DNA of 64,000 nt from positions 704,001 through 768,000 of the forward strand of contig JBEKOM010000001.1 in NCBI GenBank assembly GCA_049521795.1, given 5' to 3'. Origin of the DNA: Candidatus Bathyarchaeia archaeon (GTDB taxonomy: Archaea; Thermoproteota; Bathyarchaeia; Bathyarchaeales; Bathycorpusculaceae). Shown piece after piece: positions 56,479-64,000 of this stretch (positions are counted from its first letter, which is position 1; every line of letters starts with the position of its first letter). Made by a program: the position numbers and the translations under genes. Below the pieces are notes generated by a model that worked only from the letters and a program-made list of their open reading frames with translations, had not been told where the DNA came from and made no database searches.

Positions 56479-59400
56479 ATGAAAATGCAAAAAAAGAAAA
56501 TGCTTATTGCAACGATAGTAACCGTAACAATATTTCTATCGATGTTCAGTGCAATAAATCTAACGAGAGGAGTTAACGATAGCTCTTCTTTCTATACAGT
56601 TGCCAACGGCAATCTCAACACTGACACCTACTCCCAGTATCCGTTTGAAGCAAACAACGTAAGCTTCGGCTTCTCACAATTTGGTGAACTAATCGGCATC
56701 GCACCAGGTGATAACCAATTAGTACAGGGAAACTGGCACGGCATGAGCTACGATGGTAACGACCCATTCGCTCGGAACACTCCGCTGATTGGACAGCATC
56801 AATGGATCAACGGTTGGTACCTTTACATCAGCTACATCGACCCCAATGAGCCTAATAAGGACAGGAACCTGTGGGCATTCGCACTGTTTTCTGACGGTCA
56901 CGTAGCCGGCGGAGACTGGATAATCAACGTAACTGGCACTCCGACTAGCCCGCCCTACGGTGGCAGGAAAACCAACGGAATGGTCGTCACAGATCCGCTG
57001 CAGGTGCTCTACAACGGTCCAAGAGAGTACATAGCTCAGGCAACCAACCACATCTATGACAACGACGGCACAGTCCAGTGGCCAGTGGTCGATCTGATCA
57101 TAACCATGATCTTCGACAAAGTTTCCAAGCAAGTGGTTCTGTACAAGGATGTAAAGGTCACGATCGAAAAATTGAACCTATGGGGCAAGCTTGACGTACA
57201 ACTGAGCGACCGTGAAGAATACGACCTCGGACCATCACCAAACTTCGCTAGCTACGCCCACTTCTACGAAGAACAAGGAGTTACCTGCTACACACCAAGC
57301 TGGTCAATCGCACAGAACCTGACCACAGACTACATCGAGCACCAAGTAGGATCCACCACACACACCATAAATCCAGACGGCTCATGGACCTACACACTAC
57401 ATCCACCCAACAGTGATCCAGTCTCTCCAGATTACATGAAAGTGTACATAGACGGCGCTTTCCAAGACCCAAGCATACAACCAGCACCTTACAACGTAAC
57501 CTATGGAACCACTACAACTGTCACCTTTACCACGCCACCAGATACAACTTCCGTGTTGGAGTTCCGCTACAAGTACGTGCGCAAAAGCGCAGAATCTGTG
57601 ATAACCGATGGGGCAGGCTTTACGACGAGCACCACTGGTGTGCCCATATCATGGACAGACCAATACGACTATGCACAGGTGATATCCTCCGACAATCTGT
57701 TCGTGGCTTGGGCTGCCTTTTGGCCACCGACATCTTCGCACACGGTCGACGGCATTCTAAACTTCTTGCAGCCGTTCTATAACACGAGAGTAGACACTTT
57801 GAGCAGCGCACCGAAGCGATCTCCACTCATAATAGGCCAATGGGACATTGCGATGGACCCTGCAACATTGCCGATGTTCAGAGCAGTTGAAGTCAAAGGC
57901 ATAGCAAACTATCACAATGCACAAGATCCTCAAGAAACCGGGAAATACTTGGGGACAACACTTGACATTGAAGCTCACTACCAGCTTGACTCAGTCTTCA
58001 CACCGTACGACCTGAACAGCGCCATAACGAAGAACCTCAACACTTGGGTGGACTACCACACGATAACAGCAGCCAACCTGCTATCCCCAACGCTCATGAT
58101 CGGCCTGTCTCAATTCCCAGTGCACTATGTTCCTATTTGGGAGACTTACAACAACCAATCTGAAAGAGTGTTCCTTAATGATGTGCTACAGTATCCAATT
58201 AGAACTAAGACTGGATTTGATCCTACCTACGAACTCTACACATTGGGGGACGGCACAGGCTACATATACTTCCCTGACACCACGATCTTCAGCAAGGGAG
58301 ACGTGATAAAGATCATCTACGCAACAGACGTGTGCAACAAAACGAACGGCTTCACTCTCACCTCGCAAACGGCGTTCAACGTAACGACAAACGGTTTCAA
58401 CTTCGGTGAAGGCGCCGGTAGTTTGGCAATGGGCGCGAATTGGGAGGACACGTTGGATGTCAGTCACAACATAGACGTCGAAGACTTCAGCGGCACGTTC
58501 AATAACGTGACAGCCGCCGGCAACACAACGTGGGCATACAGCGGAGGAATGGTCTGGGAAGCAAAAGACTTCACAGTGTTCAAAGAAGACACCACAAGCC
58601 TTGAGATAGGCAGCAACAACTTCGCGACGATCCTTGAGCCAGCAAATGGGTCAGCGCCGTTTTACAACATGACAATGTCATTGGCAAACTTGAGAATAAA
58701 ATGGCAAATAACCGGTCCAGACGACGGCACCTTGTTCACTGACCTTAAAGATGTTGAAGTCGATCATTGGGACTTCTTCGTGAACTACACAGTGACAGTG
58801 AAATACTTTAACAACACTTCTACCGGAATCAATTACTTCAATGTGAGTGCAACACTTACCTTTACGCCTCGTTGGACCAGCTTCCTGTACAAGGAAGAGA
58901 TACCTGGAAGGTACGAATGGGGCATCGTCGGGACGAAGGCTGCTTCCGTCGACTCTGCAGGTCTAGCAATGATCACGGCTGCTTTGAAGGACAAAGAAGT
59001 AGAGTACGGTATATCAGGCGAGGACATAAACGACACACAGAGCGCTAACCAGATGCCATGGATATTCAGTCCCATGAGCACTGGCACAAGCACACCGTGG
59101 AGTCCCTACTACTATAGCACGACGGACCTCAGAACAGGACTCAAAGACGACTGGGACCCAGTGGGCTATGACTGGCAGATCGCAGGAGCCAACTTAGTAG
59201 GCTCGGGCGGTCCGCTCGCGAACATGCTCGCGTACTACGGCAACGACTTTACAACAGCCTTCTACGGTCTAGGCCAGTTCACACCATACACGCCTTGGAA
59301 TGGCGCTATAGTTGCACTATCATGCTGGAACTCGACGGCCCAGAAGGCACACGTGGACACGAACAAATATGGCTACGCGGTGGTTTCAACATTCGAAGAC

Positions 59401-59697
59401 CTCAACGGAACAACAGGACTGCTCGTTTGGGGCAACTGGGGCCGAGACACCTACTACGCTGCCAACTGGTTCTACATGGATCTCATACAGGAATTCCAAA
59501 GCTTCCCATGCGGCGCAACGAGCATCGTACTACAGATCGTCTACAACACAACAACCTTTAAGCCAAAAGCTTTCAACGTCGTCGAAGTGCTGGGCACGAT
59601 AAGCGAAACAGGAATCGTTGACGCAATGAATACGCTACCATACGTATGGGATGCTAATACTCCTCCACTAAAAGGCGGAATACACCCCGACCCATAA
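56479..59697 (+). CDS. Large secreted glycoprotein, probable S-layer protein
   Basis: Sec signal peptide, 1072 aa rich in T/N/D/Y/G, many sequons, strong bias to C-ending codons, monocistronic with a strong promoter and T-tract terminator, no C-terminal TM, ends GGIHPDP. Confidence 0.65.
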   Translation: MKMQKKKMLIATIVTVTIFLSMFSAINLTRGVNDSSSFYTVANGNLNTDTYSQYPFEANNVSFGFSQFGELIGIAPGDNQLVQGNWHGMSYDGNDPFARNTPLIGQHQWINGWYLYISYIDPNEPNKDRNLWAFALFSDGHVAGGDWIINVTGTPTSPPYGGRKTNGMVVTDPLQVLYNGPREYIAQATNHIYDNDGTVQWPVVDLIITMIFDKVSKQVVLYKDVKVTIEKLNLWGKLDVQLSDREEYDLGPSPNFASYAHFYEEQGVTCYTPSWSIAQNLTTDYIEHQVGSTTHTINPDGSWTYTLHPPNSDPVSPDYMKVYIDGAFQDPSIQPAPYNVTYGTTTTVTFTTPPDTTSVLEFRYKYVRKSAESVITDGAGFTTSTTGVPISWTDQYDYAQVISSDNLFVAWAAFWPPTSSHTVDGILNFLQPFYNTRVDTLSSAPKRSPLIIGQWDIAMDPATLPMFRAVEVKGIANYHNAQDPQETGKYLGTTLDIEAHYQLDSVFTPYDLNSAITKNLNTWVDYHTITAANLLSPTLMIGLSQFPVHYVPIWETYNNQSERVFLNDVLQYPIRTKTGFDPTYELYTLGDGTGYIYFPDTTIFSKGDVIKIIYATDVCNKTNGFTLTSQTAFNVTTNGFNFGEGAGSLAMGANWEDTLDVSHNIDVEDFSGTFNNVTAAGNTTWAYSGGMVWEAKDFTVFKEDTTSLEIGSNNFATILEPANGSAPFYNMTMSLANLRIKWQITGPDDGTLFTDLKDVEVDHWDFFVNYTVTVKYFNNTSTGINYFNVSATLTFTPRWTSFLYKEEIPGRYEWGIVGTKAASVDSAGLAMITAALKDKEVEYGISGEDINDTQSANQMPWIFSPMSTGTSTPWSPYYYSTTDLRTGLKDDWDPVGYDWQIAGANLVGSGGPLANMLAYYGNDFTTAFYGLGQFTPYTPWNGAIVALSCWNSTAQKAHVDTNKYGYAVVSTFEDLNGTTGLLVWGNWGRDTYYAANWFYMDLIQEFQSFPCGATSIVLQIVYNTTTFKPKAFNVVEVLGTISETGIVDAMNTLPYVWDANTPPLKGGIHPDP

Positions 59698-59704
59698 AAA
59701 CCAT

Positions 59705-59745
59705 CCCCACCTTTTTTCTTTACCCCAATTTTTTAACAGTTTTTC
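59705..59745 (+). terminator. Archaeal oligo-T terminator
   Basis: CCCCACCTTTTTTCTTT...TTTTTT...TTTTT immediately after the stop at 59697. Confidence 0.7.
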
Positions 59746-59857
59746 AATACGAAAATTCAAAATCAGAGCGGACCTTCTCAGGCGAGGTCAGGCCAGAACA
59801 GGACTTGGTTCTCTAACAGTGCACGACAGCAAATCACCGTCTACCGGGTGAAGATAA

Positions 59858-61003
59858 TTATTCAAACTTTCGCGAATAAACCTTCTTCACAACGCTTAGG
59901 ATCTTGCTCTCAAAAACTGAACTGTCAAAGTCCATGGCTCGCCTGCGAGCCCTAGCAGACACTTCGATCCTCAACTCATCGTTTTCCAATAGCATCCTGA
60001 TCTTCTCAGCAGCGTCCGAAATGCTTCCGTAAGAAAACCCGTAAACGCCCTCCTTTCCCTCAAGTATGTCAAGCCATGGCCCTCCGTTTCTGGGAACAAC
60101 AGGAACACACCCAGCAGCCATAGCTTCGACAACAGACATGCCAAAAGGCTCATGTGGCAGAGTTCTAAGGAATACTTTGGCTGTAAGCAAGGCTTCCAAA
60201 AATTCTGAAGATGATACGTTTGTCAGCACCTTTGTTCTGTCTCTTACATTCGATTCGGTGATCATTTCGTGCAATTTTTCAAGCACGCCTCTTGAAGTTG
60301 CGTCGCTTGGTCCAACGATTAGGAAATTTGCATTCGGCACCATTTCTGCGATTTTTGGGATGTGCTCAAGATTTTGTTCGGGCAAGAATCTCGAAGCTGA
60401 AACCACGGTATTCTTGCGAGTCCCGTTCTTTTTTGTCGAGACGAACCTTCGCAGGTTGATTGGCGGATAAGCAACCAGGGCCTCTCGTCTGAGACATTTC
60501 CAAATTATCTCTTGACTGAACTTTGAATTTGCTACAATGGTGGTCGTGCCTAGCCTATCAACGGTCTTCAAGAGCAAGTTGTATAATTTGCTGTAACACT
60601 TCCTCTTGACACCTATGTCAGGAAGCGTGAATGCACATCTAAGCGGCGTGCCGTTCACATACACGATATCAGCGATGGAATTCACTTTTTCTCCACAGGT
60701 ACTTATCAACAATTTGTCTTTCTTCACTAGCCTTAACAGCAAAAGTTCTGCAAAGTAGAACCCTAGTAGAAGAAGTCCATGCGCTAGGGGAGACGCAGTT
60801 TCTGGCAAGCTTGGCAAGAGGCTGCGCTCTTGACTTGGACAACGCTGGTCAAGAATCCTTTTCAACCGGTTCCAGTCTGTTCTATCAACTGTAACAACAA
60901 CCACTTTGTGTCCCTCCTGACGCAACGCTTTGACCAATGATAAGCAAACAAGTTCACCCCCGCCAGCAGAATTCAATGAGGGATGAGCCAGAACTATTTC
61001 CAT
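59858..61003 (-). CDS. GT4 family glycosyltransferase (ALG11-like N-terminus)
   Basis: HPSLNSAGGGELV, VANSKFS, YPP, SRF.PE, EPFGMSVVEAMAAGC.P. Start moved to ATG 61003. Confidence 0.9.
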   Translation of the reverse strand: MEIVLAHPSLNSAGGGELVCLSLVKALRQEGHKVVVVTVDRTDWNRLKRILDQRCPSQERSLLPSLPETASPLAHGLLLLGFYFAELLLLRLVKKDKLLISTCGEKVNSIADIVYVNGTPLRCAFTLPDIGVKRKCYSKLYNLLLKTVDRLGTTTIVANSKFSQEIIWKCLRREALVAYPPINLRRFVSTKKNGTRKNTVVSASRFLPEQNLEHIPKIAEMVPNANFLIVGPSDATSRGVLEKLHEMITESNVRDRTKVLTNVSSSEFLEALLTAKVFLRTLPHEPFGMSVVEAMAAGCVPVVPRNGGPWLDILEGKEGVYGFSYGSISDAAEKIRMLLENDELRIEVSARARRRAMDFDSSVFESKILSVVKKVYSRKFE

Positions 61004-61191
61004 CTCAAGGCCACGCTTACAAATGCTAATAATACAACTAATATTTATTTTGAGCAACATTAACACTGTTGATGGCGGCAGGACTTTCCTAATAACTCGC
61101 AACATTTAAATTTGCATGCCTCAAGAACGTCTTTCACAAGATTTAGAACTACCGCGAGCTATTGAACGAATAAAGGGAGAGGCAAAAGGAA

Positions 61192-63273
61192 TTGATATCG
61201 AGTCTTTGGAGAAGACTGAAAAGTATTTTTGGAAAGATGCTACGCGGAAGTCGGTACAACTACCTTATTCTCATATGTATTATTGCATACGGAATCATCT
61301 TCTCTTATTATACCGTTATGAAACATTATGGGTTTGGTACATTCGCATGGGACTTAGGAATATTTGACCAGTCATTTTACACGACACTGTTTAGTGGAAA
61401 ACTCTTCTACTACACAGCAGAGCTTTATTTAAATCCAAGTGGATGCTATTTTGGAGTGCATTTCAGCCCGATACTATTCGTTCTTTTGCCCTTTTACGCG
61501 GTTCATCCGTCCGCAACCACTTTGCTTGTACTTCAGTCTTTCATACTAGCCCTAGGGGCTCTACCTCTCTATCTGCTAGCTTCTGAGATGCTGAAGAGTA
61601 AGAAAGCTGGTTTTGTGTTGGGGATAGCCTATCTACTTTATCCAGCTCTTCAGGGAGCGAACTGGTTTGACTTTCACCAGCAAGCCTTCATCCCGCTTCT
61701 AATTTTCTCTCTATGCTATTTCCTTGTGAAGAAGAAGTGGAAGCTTTATTTCATCTCCGTCTTGCTTGCCCTAACGGTGGAAGAACATGTAGCGCCAATT
61801 ATTCTTCTTATGGCTGTTTATTTTCTGTTAACCTCCTCGGACATACGTTCAGCTATAGGATCAATTAGACATTTACAGTTTCGACCAAGTGTAACTTCCA
61901 AGGTTTTATCAACAACGATGGCCATGTCTGTGATCTGGTATTTCATTGCTAGATACGTTCGGGATCTTTTCCCGATCGCTCCTGCCTTTTTGAATCTTTA
62001 TCGTGCGACAAGTACTTTCCAAGTCCTTGGATTTCAAGGGGACATACTTTCGTTACCTGCTTATGTGCTACTCAACCCTCGGCTCGCGTTAGAAGCTCTT
62101 CTGAGCGACTACTATCTCAAATTCTTCTACATCATATTTCTTTTCGCCCCACTTCTCTTCCTTTCCTTTAGAAGCAAATTCTGCTTAGTAGCGCTTATCA
62201 TTCTTGCACCGTTCCTTCTTACAAATTACGGACCATATTACATGGTAGGCGCGCAATACGCACTATACATAGTGCCACTCGTTTTTTTGGCAGCGCTTGA
62301 GGGTCTAGGTCATCAGCACATCCTTTCGAAACAACTACCAGCACAACAGCGTAATTCTACTTCAAAGGTGCATGTCAATGACATAGAATCATCCCTTAGA
62401 ACTATTGTGATTGTTTCGCTAATCTTCGTCATTTCGTTGAGCCCCATCAGCCCTCTAGCTTACAATTTAGTAGGGCAACCGCAGCTTCTTTGGTACGCCC
62501 GTCCAAACTCCAATGCGAGATACGTTGAGTCAATGCAAGACATGATAAAACTGATACCATCCAATGCTTCCATATTGGCTCAAAACATCGTGTTTCCACA
62601 TGTTTCAAATAGGATAAACGCATATGTTATTCCTGTCATAGACTCACCATCTGAACATGAGGCACTTATAAAATACATCAATCAGCAGATAGACGAAACT
62701 GACTACGTGTTACTAGACCTAAACACATACGACATATGGAGGTCCTTCGTGTTAAGCGAGATTACCAATGACAAACGTTTTAGCGTATACGCCGTCGGAG
62801 GTTCATTGGTCTTGTTTAGGAAGAGCTATGAGGGCCCGATGATCTTTGTACCCTACGCTGAATACGAAATCTTCGATTACAGAGACTTCTCAGTTGGCTC
62901 TGGACAGGTAGTCAAAGACGATTCTTCAAATAGTGGTTATGTGGACCTCTCACAAGGAGGTGTTAATAATGGTACGTTTATTTACGGCCCATACGCTTGT
63001 TTGCCATCCGCAACTTACAATGTCACTTTTGAAATTAAAGTGCGGAACTACACCGACGGTCTTTTGGCATCTTTTGATGTCAGTGACGAGAATGGCGGCG
63101 TGGTTTTGACCAGTAAAGACCTTTACAATGCTGACATTCATGACCAAGGGTGGAACAATTTGACAATGACTTTTTCAACAGCGATGTTCAGGTCAAGTCT
63201 TGAGTTTCGAATTTTCACAACTAGTCTTGCAGATATTTACGTGGACCGTATTATCGTTAGAGTATCTAGCTAG
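61192..63273 (+). CDS. DUF2079 multi-pass membrane protein (putative GT-C glycosyltransferase) with C-terminal beta-sandwich domain
   Basis: WDLGIFDQ, YFGVHFSPIL..L.P.Y, LL.LQ, FDFH, EE; C-terminal YGPY..LP...Y.VTF..KV...LEFR. Confidence 0.82.
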   Translation: MISSLWRRLKSIFGKMLRGSRYNYLILICIIAYGIIFSYYTVMKHYGFGTFAWDLGIFDQSFYTTLFSGKLFYYTAELYLNPSGCYFGVHFSPILFVLLPFYAVHPSATTLLVLQSFILALGALPLYLLASEMLKSKKAGFVLGIAYLLYPALQGANWFDFHQQAFIPLLIFSLCYFLVKKKWKLYFISVLLALTVEEHVAPIILLMAVYFLLTSSDIRSAIGSIRHLQFRPSVTSKVLSTTMAMSVIWYFIARYVRDLFPIAPAFLNLYRATSTFQVLGFQGDILSLPAYVLLNPRLALEALLSDYYLKFFYIIFLFAPLLFLSFRSKFCLVALIILAPFLLTNYGPYYMVGAQYALYIVPLVFLAALEGLGHQHILSKQLPAQQRNSTSKVHVNDIESSLRTIVIVSLIFVISLSPISPLAYNLVGQPQLLWYARPNSNARYVESMQDMIKLIPSNASILAQNIVFPHVSNRINAYVIPVIDSPSEHEALIKYINQQIDETDYVLLDLNTYDIWRSFVLSEITNDKRFSVYAVGGSLVLFRKSYEGPMIFVPYAEYEIFDYRDFSVGSGQVVKDDSSNSGYVDLSQGGVNNGTFIYGPYACLPSATYNVTFEIKVRNYTDGLLASFDVSDENGGVVLTSKDLYNADIHDQGWNNLTMTFSTAMFRSSLEFRIFTTSLADIYVDRIIVRVSS

Positions 63274-63369
63274 CGCAATCAAGAGCGATGGGGCGCCTGC
63301 CCCTTGAATCGATCCGTCTGCGTATAATCATCTTTAGTAGCATAAGGTAGTGACACGCGCCTGTTTCTC

Positions 63370-64000
63370 TCACTCGATATGTTGAAGACCCTTCATATCT
63401 AACATGTTTATATAATCGGCAATTCCGCTTCTGAATTTCTTTTCGTCAAACCTCTTGGCCGTATTCTTGAGTTCTGTTTCGAGGTCTGAATCTCCAAGGC
63501 CGATTTGCGCCGCTATTTTCTCAGAGGCTTCTTGATTGTTTGAATAAAGCAGGTCTTGAGGCACGTATTCTGGAATTGCTCCGCTTTTAGGTGCCACAGG
63601 TATGCAGCCTGCAGCCATCGCTTCGACAATCGTTATGCCAAATGACTCGTTAAAGCCCAAGTGGAGATAATGAGAAAATCGATTAAATATGTCCAACTTC
63701 ATAGCTTCGCTGACATATCCCAAGTATTCAATGTCGATTCCTTTCCTTCTCAGAAAACGCAAGACTTCCATTCCTACAGCGTCTGCCTTTCCAATGACAA
63801 CAAACTTAACGGTCTTCGGCAGTTCCTTTATTATTTCAGGAAGAAATGTTATGCCACTAATCGCCCTTGGTCTTGCTATTATCACTCCAGAAACTCTTTC
63901 CTTGCCCGTACCGATGCTGCTTCGAACAGGAATCGAAACAGGTGGATAGAGCACCAAGGAGTCCAAACCATAAAGTTCGCTAATCACCCCTTTAGTAAAG
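63370..64000 (-). CDS. GT4 family glycosyltransferase, 5' end outside the window
   Basis: VLYPPV, ESFGITIVEAMAAGCIPV..SG..PE. The frame is open to the window end. Confidence 0.85.
   Translation of the reverse strand, partial: FTKGVISELYGLDSLVLYPPVSIPVRSSIGTGKERVSGVIIARPRAISGITFLPEIIKELPKTVKFVVIGKADAVGMEVLRFLRRKGIDIEYLGYVSEAMKLDIFNRFSHYLHLGFNESFGITIVEAMAAGCIPVAPKSGAIPEYVPQDLLYSNNQEASEKIAAQIGLGDSDLETELKNTAKRFDEKKFRSGIADYINMLDMKGLQHIE

Noticed and set aside
59771-59851. Three short hairpins after the S-layer terminator, superficially cloverleaf-like
   Set aside because: The stems are only 5 bp, with no acceptor stem or T-loop consensus. Compatible with chance or a convergent terminator.
1-64000. 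CRISPR arrays, tRNA/rRNA genes, transposases, integrases, defence systems
   Set aside because: No regularly spaced repeats, RNA-gene consensus motifs or such protein motifs were seen by eye. A tRNAscan or Infernal run would be needed to exclude small RNAs.

Overview
Archaeal genomic DNA, gene-dense, with no rRNA, tRNA, CRISPR array or recognisable mobile element seen. The gene set and protein styles suggest Bathyarchaeia (inference, no marker-gene analysis). Left to right: (1) a DUF134/Mrp/NifX/CDF metal-handling operon with a perfect palindrome over its promoter; (2) a complete archaeal acetyl-CoA decarbonylase/synthase cluster (cooC-cooC-cdhA-B-C-D-E), followed by a ferredoxin-like gene, cooT, and a two-gene unit encoding a MetV-MetF fusion and a tandem (ferredoxin-MvhD)x2 protein; (3) a PEF-CTERM beta-propeller surface protein and two ABC systems; (4) housekeeping RNA and protein-turnover genes (presenilin-like protease, archaemetzincin, beta-CASP nuclease, PHP, tgtA, DUF4910 peptidase, PAC2, SmAP3, Lrp); (5) about 26 kb of cell-envelope genes: glmU, glmM, a complete type IV pilus-like locus with six pilin-like genes (three almost leaderless), a beta-helix/Ig adhesin, cofE, a probable S-layer protein and glycosyltransferases. 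The best candidates for undescribed biology are the MetVF/double-MvhD module beside ACDS and the pilus locus. All calls come from motif recognition by eye; no searches were run.
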